A DNA stretch of 31,004 nucleotides, from the IMG/VR virus record IMGVR_UViG_3300032007_003791; one strand, given 5' to 3'. Below the pieces are notes generated by a model. The model was not told the origin of the DNA, searched no databases, and saw nothing but the letters and a program-made list of their open reading frames with translations. This document shows, in pieces, positions 17,383 through 25,642 of the stretch (positions are counted from its first letter, which is position 1; each line of letters begins with the position of its first letter). This DNA is from a virus. Its lineage: Duplodnaviria; Heunggongvirae; Uroviricota; Caudoviricetes. A program made the translations under genes and the position numbers.

Positions 17383-17812
17383 GTAAGCCGATAAACCACG
17401 TCTATTAGGACTGCCTGGTAGTGGCTACCTTTGCATCAAAGACTTATTAGCCATGATGACAAAGGAAGAGGTCGCCCAGATATGCACCCAAACAGGGAGA
17501 CGATACCGCCGGCGAGTTCCTACAATTGGTATCAGGAGGATCTTTTCTTCCCAATCCCATAAAGCCTGCCAGATCAAGGAGCGGAAAACAAAAGAACTCC
17601 CACCGGAACGATGATGCGGATAAGCGGCAACCTGAGTGGCCGTGAGTTGAAGGATATCATCATAGCGTCATCCACCCATGTTTAGTTTGGACGGCGGATT
17701 GCGCTACTGGCTCTAGAGCGAGCCGACGGATATGCGAAAGAGCTTTCATACGCTCTCAGGAGTGGTGCGGAATAAGATTGGTGGGGACCCGATGAACGGT
17801 GACGTATACATT
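17383..17812 (+). mobile_element. Degenerate IS66-family element, left end only (tnpA and tnpB remnants, no tnpC)
   Basis: Begins GTAAGCCG; internal TACCTTTG (17426-17433); frameshifted tnpA-like pieces MMTKEE / GEFLQLVSGG / TMMRISGNLSGRELKDIIIASSTHV*; overlapping tnpB-like ORF. Confidence 0.75.
17678..17812 (+). pseudogene. tnpB: IS66 accessory protein TnpB, truncated, with in-frame stop
   Basis: MFSLDGGLRYWL*SEPTDMRKSFHTLSGVVRNKIGGDPMNGDVYI contains the IS66 TnpB P.DMRK.F..L motif; sequence then runs into an 11-bp repeat array. Confidence 0.8.
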
Positions 17813-17914
17813 CTAGCCATACTCCAGGCTCGCTCTAAGCATACTCTAAGCTGCTTCTAGCCATACTCTAGGCTCGCTCCAGGCTTACTCAATGAGTATG
17901 GGTAGAGTATGGGT
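17811..17914. repeat. Degenerate 11-bp tandem array with inverted copies at its right end
   Basis: ttctagccata ctccaggctcg ctctaagcata ctctaagctgc ttctagccata ctctaggctcg ctccaggctta, then gagtatgggta gagtatgggt; tagagtatgg (17903-17912) is the reverse complement of ccatactcta (17861-17870). Confidence 0.8.
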
Positions 17915-17943
17915 GAGGTGAGAGTGAAGGGAGGAAAAATTAA

Positions 17944-18201
17944 AAGTGGCTGTTGAAATACAATGATGTGGTTGCGTTCATTGAGAACAGTAAGCGTAAT
18001 CCTTCACTCAATTGGATCAAGCATAACAAGAAGCTCTATGCCGCTGGAGAATTGAAGCTGGATAGGGTGGAGAGGTTTAAGGAGTTGCTGGCGTTGATGG
18101 AGGAGAATAAACGGCGGCTAAGCCGTTATCGCCAATTTTTGCTCTATCAACCTCTAATCGAACACCAAAGGAGGACTAAAGGAACACCTAAGGATGTCTG
18201 A
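17944..18201 (+). pseudogene. Fragment resembling small helicase-associated (HA)-domain proteins of Bacteroidales
   Basis: KWLLKYNDVVAFIENSKRNPS-LNWIKHNKKLYAAGELK..R pattern recalled from such proteins; no ATG; C-terminal tail runs through an 11-bp repeat. Confidence 0.45.
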
Positions 18202-18264
18202 AGTCTGACGGAAGACGTCTGAGTTATCATCGGCCATTTATGGTGAGCCCATCGAACCATCGAC

Positions 18265-18322
18265 CTTACCACTATCTTACCACTATCTTACCACTATCTT
18301 ACCACTATCTTACCACTATCTT
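18265..18322. repeat. Perfect tandem repeat (CTTACCACTAT) x5 plus CTT
   Basis: Read directly; overlaps the pbpC stop codon. Confidence 0.97.
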
Positions 18323-20559
18323 CCTTCGACAAGCTCAGGATAATCCGTCACTCTGAACCTTACGGAAACGCTGTTACCCTCATCGTCCACCACGGTGAGG
18401 GTATGTTTTCCCGGGGTGGGGGCCAGGCGGAGTTCGTGGAGGAAGCGGGTTTCACCCACATAGGTTTGGTCCAGGTGCCACCAGAGGGTGGCATTGCTTC
18501 TATGGTGCGCTGCGCGGAACACCACACCTTCCACCTGGCCGTTTAACTGCCGGGGGAGGGTGAGGGTACTGCCGGAGGCAGGGTAAATGAACTCTATGGC
18601 CTTCTCCTGCCGTGTTTTTCGGGCACCGGTGTATTCCGGGTGATGGGGTTTGTAATACCACTCCATGGCGGGCGGCAGCACAAACTCCCCGTCCTTGTGG
18701 TAAGGGCAGGGGGCGGTTTCCAGCCCCGCCGCCGGAATGAGCACCTCCTCCTTCTCAGGGCACTCCGGCCCCGCCAGCATCCCGGACTGCACGCACACCC
18801 CTACCCAGCTCCCGTCATGCCCGGCTTGATCGGGCATCTCAAACCACTGCGTATCGGCCGGCAGCAGATTCAAAATGTCGAACATCACCGGCCCTGCGGC
18901 GCGGGCGCCGGTGAGCCCCGGCACGCCTTGCCCTTGCGCATTGCCCGCCCACACGCCAATGGTGTAAGTCGGCGTCATCCCCACCGCCCAGGCATCGCGG
19001 AAACCGTAACTGGTGCCGGTCTTCCAAGCCGCCTTCCGCACCGAACGGATCAGCCGCCAGTCCAGTTCATCGGGCCGATTCACCTCCTTGAGCGCCTCCA
19101 GGGTGTACCAAAGTGAGATACGCTCGCCACTTTCAGTGGCTCGGTATGACAGGGAAGGGTGGTTGTCCTCCCGAGGCCCTTCCTTTTTGTCCTCCCGAGG
19201 CCCGAAGGGCCGAGTGTATCTCCTCACCATCCCCGCATAAGCGGCCGTGACCTCATCCAGCCGTGCCTCGGCCCCGCCCAGAATGAGCGACAGCCCATAG
19301 TGCTCAGGCGCCTCCGTGAGGGTACTCAGCCCCGCCTCCTGCAGCAGCGCGTGGAACTTGGGCACGCCATACTCCCGCAGCAGGTACACCGCCGGTACGT
19401 TGAGGCTCCGCGCCAGCGCTTCGTCGGCCGGAACCGCCCCATAGAACTGCCGGTCAAAGTTCTGCGGCGCAAAGCCTCCCAGATTCATGGGAATGTCCGG
19501 CAGCAGCGTCCGGGGCAGAATCACCCCCTCCTGCAACGCCGCCGCATACAAAAACGGCTTCAAAATGCTCCCCGTACTTCGTGCCGATGCCGCCACATCC
19601 ACCTGCACCCCCGGCCGTTCCCGGTCCATACAGGCATTGCCGATATACGCCACCACCGCTCCGCTCGCATTGTCGATCACCACGGCCGCCATGTCCGCCA
19701 CGCCCTCCGCCGCCAGATCGCTTGAACGCCGGTCCACGGCCTCCGAAACGGCTTTCTGCAATTGGAAGCGTATGCTGGTCCGTGTCCGCTGTCCCTGCGG
19801 GCAACGGTTCACGTAATGCGGCGCCAGCGTGGGCAAGGGCAGGGGAGCGCCGGGCAGCGGCTCTTCCAGCGCCGCTTCATAAGTATCCGTGTCGATATCC
19901 CCGTGCGCCAACAGCCGTGCCAGCAGCCGGTTCCGCTTGGCAAGCAGCTGCTCCCGCCCCCGGCTCAAGTGCAGCGTGCCGGGCGCATTGGGAAGGATGG
20001 CCAGGGTAGCGGCCTCCGCCCAGGAAAGCTCGGAAGGCGGACGGCCGAAATAGCGCCAGGAAGCCGCCTCCAGCCCCATTACGTTCCCACCGTAGGGGGC
20101 ATGGGCGGCATACAGGGCCAGTATCTGTTTCTTGGAATAGCGGAGTTCCAGGCGGGTGGCCTGCACCGCCTCGATGGCCTTCTGCCACAGGGTGCGTTCC
20201 TTCTGCCGGGACAGCCGGATAACCTGCATGGTAAGGGTGGAACCACCACTCACTACATGTCCGGCCCGGGCATTGGCTATGGCCGCCCGCACCAGCGCCA
20301 CCGGGTTCACGCCCGGATGCCACCAGAACGCCCGGTCCTCGAACTGGACCAGCGCCGTGGCATAGCGCTCCGGCACGGTGTCTGCGGGCGGAAACCGCCA
20401 CTGCTCGTCGGCTGCAATGCGTGCGCCCAGCAGCTCTCCCTCCGCACTTTCCACCACCGTGGAGTAACTCACGTCCCGGAACAGTTCCCGCGGCAGGCAG
20501 CATAGCCAGGCCAAAACCAGCCCCGCCCCCACGCCCCATATGACACGTTTCGTCCTCAA
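18316..20559 (-). CDS. pbpC: Penicillin-binding protein 1C
   Basis: N-terminal TM; transglycosylase motifs FEDRAFWWHPGVNP and GGSTLTMQ; transpeptidase SILK, SLN, KTG; C-terminal GKHTLTVVD domain; adjacent to alpha-2-macroglobulin; TTG start uncertain. Confidence 0.95.
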   Translation of the reverse strand: MRTKRVIWGVGAGLVLAWLCCLPRELFRDVSYSTVVESAEGELLGARIAADEQWRFPPADTVPERYATALVQFEDRAFWWHPGVNPVALVRAAIANARAGHVVSGGSTLTMQVIRLSRQKERTLWQKAIEAVQATRLELRYSKKQILALYAAHAPYGGNVMGLEAASWRYFGRPPSELSWAEAATLAILPNAPGTLHLSRGREQLLAKRNRLLARLLAHGDIDTDTYEAALEEPLPGAPLPLPTLAPHYVNRCPQGQRTRTSIRFQLQKAVSEAVDRRSSDLAAEGVADMAAVVIDNASGAVVAYIGNACMDRERPGVQVDVAASARSTGSILKPFLYAAALQEGVILPRTLLPDIPMNLGGFAPQNFDRQFYGAVPADEALARSLNVPAVYLLREYGVPKFHALLQEAGLSTLTEAPEHYGLSLILGGAEARLDEVTAAYAGMVRRYTRPFGPREDKKEGPREDNHPSLSYRATESGERISLWYTLEALKEVNRPDELDWRLIRSVRKAAWKTGTSYGFRDAWAVGMTPTYTIGVWAGNAQGQGVPGLTGARAAGPVMFDILNLLPADTQWFEMPDQAGHDGSWVGVCVQSGMLAGPECPEKEEVLIPAAGLETAPCPYHKDGEFVLPPAMEWYYKPHHPEYTGARKTRQEKAIEFIYPASGSTLTLPRQLNGQVEGVVFRAAHHRSNATLWWHLDQTYVGETRFLHELRLAPTPGKHTLTVVDDEGNSVSVRFRVTDYPELVEGR
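18814..18840 (+). repeat. 27-bp GTCAT...ATCTC palindromic (REP-like) element within pbpC
   Basis: GTCATGCCCGGCTTGATCGGGCATCTC; 24/27 identical to the reverse complement of the intergenic copy at 28249-28275. Confidence 0.85.
19115..19222. repeat. 108-bp REP doublet (two inverted palindromic units plus a partial third) within pbpC
   Basis: Minus-strand GTCATACCGAGCCACTGAAAGTGGCGAGCGTATCTC (19115-19150); partial GTCCTCCCGAGGCCC (19165-19179); plus-strand GTCCTCCCGAGGCCCGAAGGGCCGAGTGTATCTC (19189-19222). Confidence 0.75.
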
Positions 20560-20584
20560 TTTTGCCCGTTTTCAAGGATGAAAA

Positions 20585-23500
20585 CTAGGGCTGGACCAAA
20601 GCGGTGCCGGCGGCCGTGGCGGCCTGCACAGTGGGCTCGTACATGGCTTCCACCACGGTGGCGGGCAGTGCGAATCGACCCTCATAGGCGGCCCTTAACT
20701 GCACGGAGAAGGTCTTGAACCGTCCTGCAGGCAGGGCAAAGTACCAGCGTACGGCATTGTCACGAATGTCCTTGTGGTCGTAGCCGTCCTCGGCACCGCC
20801 GGCCATGCGGTCGTTCACAATCTCCCAGCCGGAAGGCACGTTCAGGCTCAGGGCCAGGTTCTGGAGATCACGGCCGACCTGCTTGGACTGCACCTTGATG
20901 CGGGCGGTGAAGCGGGTGCCCTGCGCCAGCGCGTTGGCATTCACCGGGGCGCCGTCGGCATCGACATAACTTACCTCGATGCCCAGACCGTTGCTGCTGG
21001 CAGGCTGGGCCTCGCGCGAGGTCGTAGCTACCGTGACGTAAACCGTGCCTTCGCTGTTATTGGTGAGCACGCCATTCTCCAGGACCGTCTGGGCTTCCCG
21101 GGTGGGCACCTTTTGGAACAGGCGGGCCACGGCCACGGCGGCAAAGGCCGTTTCCTGCGTCGAGGGCGTCTTGTCCAGCATGAGCTCCTGCGCCAGGGAC
21201 ATGGCTTCATTCATGCGGTCGCAGAGCACCAGGGCCTCCAGTGCGGCAAAACGGTCGCGCGTGGCACTGCCGTAGGTCAAATTGTACGGGCTGTATTCCG
21301 GGAAATCGCGTCCTACGCTATTGAGGATGGTGTTGGCGGTAGAAGTCTTGCCGCTCAGGGCATAGGCGCTGGCCAGGAGCCACTGGGCCTGCGGCGTGAG
21401 CCCTGCCCCTTCGCGGAGGCGGTTCATGCCTGCCTGTGACGATGCTCCTGCCACGGCTAGGCTGTACAGGCGATAGGCCTCATCGGCCTGCGAGAACAGG
21501 GAATTGCCTGCAATACGGTATGCCTGCGAGAGTTTTTCCTGATAGGCCTTCCAGGCTTTGACGACGCCGTCGTTCACCTCGAATCCGGCCTTCTGCGCCT
21601 GTACCAGCAGTACGCCGGCCATGGACGATACCCAGCTGTCGGACTTGCCGCCGCCCCAGTAGGCAAAGCCGCCGTCGGCGTTCTGCCGGGCGTAGAGCCG
21701 GGCGATGATGCCGGGCATCAGGGAACATGCCTCGGTGGAATCGACGCTGTTCAATTGCGGCAGGAGGTTCACCAAGGTGAGGCCGCGGGCGCTGAGCTGC
21801 TCGGTGCAGTCGTACGGGTAATCCCGCATGCCGGCATACAGGCCGTGGGCATCCGGAACGGGGAAGGCGCTCACCTGCAACTGTCCGTCAGGCACTTTGC
21901 GGCTGGCTCCGGCGGCCAGGGTGAAGCGCTCCACGCGGGTTACCAGGGCCTGCGGGTTAACGATAGGCAGGGCGATTTCTTCACTGGCCTTGTGCCCGGC
22001 GCCGGAAGCGCTTACCCGCACATGTGCAACGCCTTCTTCTCCCAGCGCGCGCAGTTTAAAGCGCACCAGCTGGTCACCGGCGCCCGTGAAATGCAGCCGC
22101 TGCACGCGCTCTGCGAGCTCCACGGGGCCATCGGCCTCCAGGGTAACGGTGACGTCCTTGACGCCCTCTTCCAGGGCGAAGACATTCACCGGCACGGCAA
22201 CCTCTTCCCCGCAGCCCAGCTGGCGCGGAAGGGTGCTAATGACCATGAGCGGACTCTGCACGGGTACGGTCTTCTGGGCATTGCCGAAGGCGCCGTCGTG
22301 GGCCGCCACCACCATCACGCGGACGCTTCCCACGTACTGCGGCAGCTTCACCTTGACCACATCCGTGCCCTTGGCCGCCACCGTGCGGGGTGCAAAGCAC
22401 AGCACCACCGGGTTAAAGCGGTTGTCCTTGCGGGCGCTGCGGACGGCATCTTCGTCACCGCCAATGGCAGAGAGGGGCGTGAGCCGCCCGTTCCGGGCAC
22501 CCACTACGTCGTCGTACAGGTCCCAGGTAGCGACGCCCAGGGCTTCCACCTTGTTCATGCGGGCCCACGGGTCCGGCGTCTTGAAGGCCGTGAGGTCCAG
22601 CAGGCCTTCGTCCACAATGGCCAGCGTATAGGTCATGGGCCGGCCGTTTTTCTCAGACACCTTGATGGTGAAGGCCTCTTCCGGATGCAGTTTGTCCGGC
22701 ATCTGAATCTGCGGAACCAGCTTGGAACCGGGATTCTCCACCCGCACGCGCTGCACGCCGTACAGGCGGAGCGGCAGGTCGTTCACCGTGTTGCCGTATG
22801 GCTGCACCAGGGTAATGTGTACGTAGATATTCGGCGCCATTTCCTGCGTGACGGCAAAGCGCCAGGGAGTGTCTTTGTCCGAGAGTTCCACCCATTCGCG
22901 GCTCACCACGCCGCCGGCATTCTCCAAGGACACCAGCGCCCGGGCACCCGGCGCAGCCGGAATGTATACGGTGGCCTGGTCGCCCACGGTATAGGAGGGC
23001 TTGTCCGTGGAGAAACTGAGCATGGTGAGGGTTTCCGGATCCCGGCGGCCCGCACGGCCTTCATAGTCTGGCCAGTCCGCCAGGAACGTCTGCCCGCTCA
23101 CATGGCCGGATTCGCGGTCCCGGACCAGCAGCAGGTAGCGGCCCCAATCGTCCTTGGGAATATTCACATGCAGCACAACGTCCTGGACGGCCGATGTCAG
23201 GGTTCCCTGCATTACCACCTTCACGGAGTTGCCACTCACATAGGTGTCCAGGCCCTCTCCGCGGATGTCCCACCACCAGTTCCAGCCTACCTTATACAAT
23301 ACATATTCCAGCGAGTGACCTTTTACGGGACGACCTTTGGCATCCACTACGGCTATGCCCACGCTGTGGTTCTTGTCGGTTTCCAGGTACTCGCCTTTAG
23401 GCAGTTTGATGCCCACATAGGCGCTGTACGGGGAGAAGGGGAGGGTTTGGGTGGTGAAGCTCTCGTCGCCGCCCTTCTCTTCCACGGAAGTTACCACGAA

Positions 23501-25636
23501 GGCATCCAGCATGCCGGGTGCGTCGGTGGCCTCGGGCAGGGTGAGCGCTGCATTGGCGCTGCCGTTGCCGTCCAGCCAGGTGCTGAATAACTCTGCCTGA
23601 GCCTCCTGAAACTTGGACGCGGGGTTGTCGAAGGTATAGGCCTCGAAGCCCTGGAACGGGGCGCCTTTCATCCGCCGCAGCGTGAGCTGCGCGTGCGCCT
23701 TGGCCCCGCCGGCCGCTCCGCCCGTGAGCCACTGGGCGTCAATGTGCGCCTGGCTTTTGACGCCGGCTTCCAGCACCGAGGGGTAATCGACACTGATTTT
23801 GAGCCGGTTGGGCTTGATGGTCTCAATGTGAAGAATCTTGTGGAAGGAGCTGCCGCCCACTTTGAAATAGGCGTTCCAGTAGCCGGTGGGGTCCGTGTCC
23901 CGCGTGGGAATGTTGTAGGTGAAGAAGCCGTCTTTGCCGGTGCGCACCATGCGGCTGTGGAACTGCCCTTCCGGGGTATAGAGCTCCAGGGTGGCCGGAT
24001 GGCCGTCGGGGAGGTTGTGGCCTTTGTCGGAAAGGAGCATATTCACGTGCAGGGTGTCGCCGGGGCGCCAGACGCCGCGCTCGCCGTAGATGAAGGCCTT
24101 GAGCCCTTGCCGGACGGTTTCCCCGCCCACGTCGAAGCGGCTTAGGGAACGTTCGTCGTCCTGGGTGGTCTTGAGGTAAGCCGTGCTGCCGCCCGCCCTG
24201 GCCACGACGGCAAACGGCTTATGCGCCAGCGTAAGGGTAGCCAGGCCCTTTCCGTCCGTCTTTCCCTTGCCGATGCACTGGAGCTGGTAGTCGTACACCT
24301 CCAGCTTGGCGCCGGGCAGCGGCTCGCCGGTAATCAGGTCCGTGGTGGCCACCCAAAGCTGGTTGCCGCCGGCATACTCGGCCACCAGGCCAATATCCGA
24401 GGCCAGGAGCTGCACCACCGGGAACCGGTCCGTATCCATGTAATAGGACGGTTTGGTGGGGTCGTCGGCATCTTCCCAGTTATACAGGTTCCAGTCAAAG
24501 TCGTTGTCCCAGTAATAGCTGCTGGGTTTGTCCCAAATGGCCTGGTCTTTGGCCGATAACGGTCCGCTGGGGGCGGAAGGGTTCAGCAGGGGTGCTGCGC
24601 CGCCATAGAGGGACTGGTCCTGCCGGAAGCTCAGCCGCACGCGGTAAATGGCGCCGGGTTCCTTCTTGATGAGCCCGCTCAAGTCGATGGAAAAGTCGTT
24701 CCACTTGTGCAGGTCCTTGGACGGGTCCAGTTGGACGTCGCCCCGGTACACCAGCCGGCCGCTCCGGCGCAGGGCGTTTCCGCCTGTGCTCAGGTCATTG
24801 TCCTGCAGATACGTGAGGATGTTTTTCTCATAGATTTTCACTACACGCACCTCCACGGCGCTCAGGCTCACGGCGCGGAAAGGGAGGTAGAACTTGTCCT
24901 TCTCCGGCAGGATGCCGCCTTTCAGGCTTACTTCTACGGCCGGTTTGGGCTCTTCCCGCTGGAAGGTGTGCGTGAAGGCGGTCTCCAGCGCGTTGCCGGC
25001 ATTGCTCTTGAGCCCGGCGTCCAGCGTTAGGGTGAGGTCTCCCTGGGCGCCTTCATAAAAGACGGAGAGCTTGGGACCGTTAACCTGCGTATAACTGCGG
25101 GCGGCACCGTCCAGCTCCACCATGCCGCGGAGAGAGGCATTGATGGGAACCTCGGAAAGGCTCACCTCAATGACCCCTTCCTTCAGGGCCACCTGCTCCA
25201 CGCGGAAGGCCCGTCCGTTGTCTTTCACCAGGAGGGTGTTGCCCGTTGTGGCGGCCCGGCCTTTCACCAGCACCGGGTACACGAACGTGGGGGCTCCCTC
25301 GCACAGCTTTTCCAGGTGGAAGGTGGCTTTGTAGGCCTTTCCTTCCTGCAGGGCACCATCGGCAGGGACAAAACTTACGGACGAAGGGCTGTTCCAGCGG
25401 GCGGCGCCTTCCACGGGCGGCTCAAACTGGAAAAGGCTTTGCGCATCCGTGCCGATGACCTCCTCCATAAGGTCTACGCGGAGTTCCGCATCCTGGGGCA
25501 CCATGCCACCGGTATAGGCCTTGATATACGGAGCAAATTCACTGGCCTTCGGTTCGGGCGCAACGCTCCGGGAACCACAGGCTGCGGCTGCGAGGCAAAG
25601 GCCCGCGGCCATCCAGGCTTTCAGGATTCTTTTCAT
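20585..25636 (-). CDS. Bacterial alpha-2-macroglobulin lipoprotein (YfhM-like)
   Basis: Lipobox AAAC; ERGVWRPGD, LAIVDEGLLDLTAFKTPDP, intact thioester motif YPYDCTEQ, QNADGGFAYW, EAMY; canonical pairing with pbpC. Confidence 0.95.
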   Translation of the reverse strand: MKRILKAWMAAGLCLAAAACGSRSVAPEPKASEFAPYIKAYTGGMVPQDAELRVDLMEEVIGTDAQSLFQFEPPVEGAARWNSPSSVSFVPADGALQEGKAYKATFHLEKLCEGAPTFVYPVLVKGRAATTGNTLLVKDNGRAFRVEQVALKEGVIEVSLSEVPINASLRGMVELDGAARSYTQVNGPKLSVFYEGAQGDLTLTLDAGLKSNAGNALETAFTHTFQREEPKPAVEVSLKGGILPEKDKFYLPFRAVSLSAVEVRVVKIYEKNILTYLQDNDLSTGGNALRRSGRLVYRGDVQLDPSKDLHKWNDFSIDLSGLIKKEPGAIYRVRLSFRQDQSLYGGAAPLLNPSAPSGPLSAKDQAIWDKPSSYYWDNDFDWNLYNWEDADDPTKPSYYMDTDRFPVVQLLASDIGLVAEYAGGNQLWVATTDLITGEPLPGAKLEVYDYQLQCIGKGKTDGKGLATLTLAHKPFAVVARAGGSTAYLKTTQDDERSLSRFDVGGETVRQGLKAFIYGERGVWRPGDTLHVNMLLSDKGHNLPDGHPATLELYTPEGQFHSRMVRTGKDGFFTYNIPTRDTDPTGYWNAYFKVGGSSFHKILHIETIKPNRLKISVDYPSVLEAGVKSQAHIDAQWLTGGAAGGAKAHAQLTLRRMKGAPFQGFEAYTFDNPASKFQEAQAELFSTWLDGNGSANAALTLPEATDAPGMLDAFVVTSVEEKGGDESFTTQTLPFSPYSAYVGIKLPKGEYLETDKNHSVGIAVVDAKGRPVKGHSLEYVLYKVGWNWWWDIRGEGLDTYVSGNSVKVVMQGTLTSAVQDVVLHVNIPKDDWGRYLLLVRDRESGHVSGQTFLADWPDYEGRAGRRDPETLTMLSFSTDKPSYTVGDQATVYIPAAPGARALVSLENAGGVVSREWVELSDKDTPWRFAVTQEMAPNIYVHITLVQPYGNTVNDLPLRLYGVQRVRVENPGSKLVPQIQMPDKLHPEEAFTIKVSEKNGRPMTYTLAIVDEGLLDLTAFKTPDPWARMNKVEALGVATWDLYDDVVGARNGRLTPLSAIGGDEDAVRSARKDNRFNPVVLCFAPRTVAAKGTDVVKVKLPQYVGSVRVMVVAAHDGAFGNAQKTVPVQSPLMVISTLPRQLGCGEEVAVPVNVFALEEGVKDVTVTLEADGPVELAERVQRLHFTGAGDQLVRFKLRALGEEGVAHVRVSASGAGHKASEEIALPIVNPQALVTRVERFTLAAGASRKVPDGQLQVSAFPVPDAHGLYAGMRDYPYDCTEQLSARGLTLVNLLPQLNSVDSTEACSLMPGIIARLYARQNADGGFAYWGGGKSDSWVSSMAGVLLVQAQKAGFEVNDGVVKAWKAYQEKLSQAYRIAGNSLFSQADEAYRLYSLAVAGASSQAGMNRLREGAGLTPQAQWLLASAYALSGKTSTANTILNSVGRDFPEYSPYNLTYGSATRDRFAALEALVLCDRMNEAMSLAQELMLDKTPSTQETAFAAVAVARLFQKVPTREAQTVLENGVLTNNSEGTVYVTVATTSREAQPASSNGLGIEVSYVDADGAPVNANALAQGTRFTARIKVQSKQVGRDLQNLALSLNVPSGWEIVNDRMAGGAEDGYDHKDIRDNAVRWYFALPAGRFKTFSVQLRAAYEGRFALPATVVEAMYEPTVQAATAAGTALVQP

Positions 25637-25642
25637 ATCGGA

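Noticed and set aside
17811-18322. Possible CRISPR array or DGR template repeat in the region after the pilus operon
   Set aside because: Repeats are contiguous 11-mers without spacers; I saw no similarity to the 3' end of any pilin gene and no reverse transcriptase.
21755-23590. 611-aa plus-strand ORF and other long overlapping ORFs (e.g. 11935..13101, 8777..9796, 26905..27795)
   Set aside because: Antisense shadows of well-supported genes, with no recognisable motifs.
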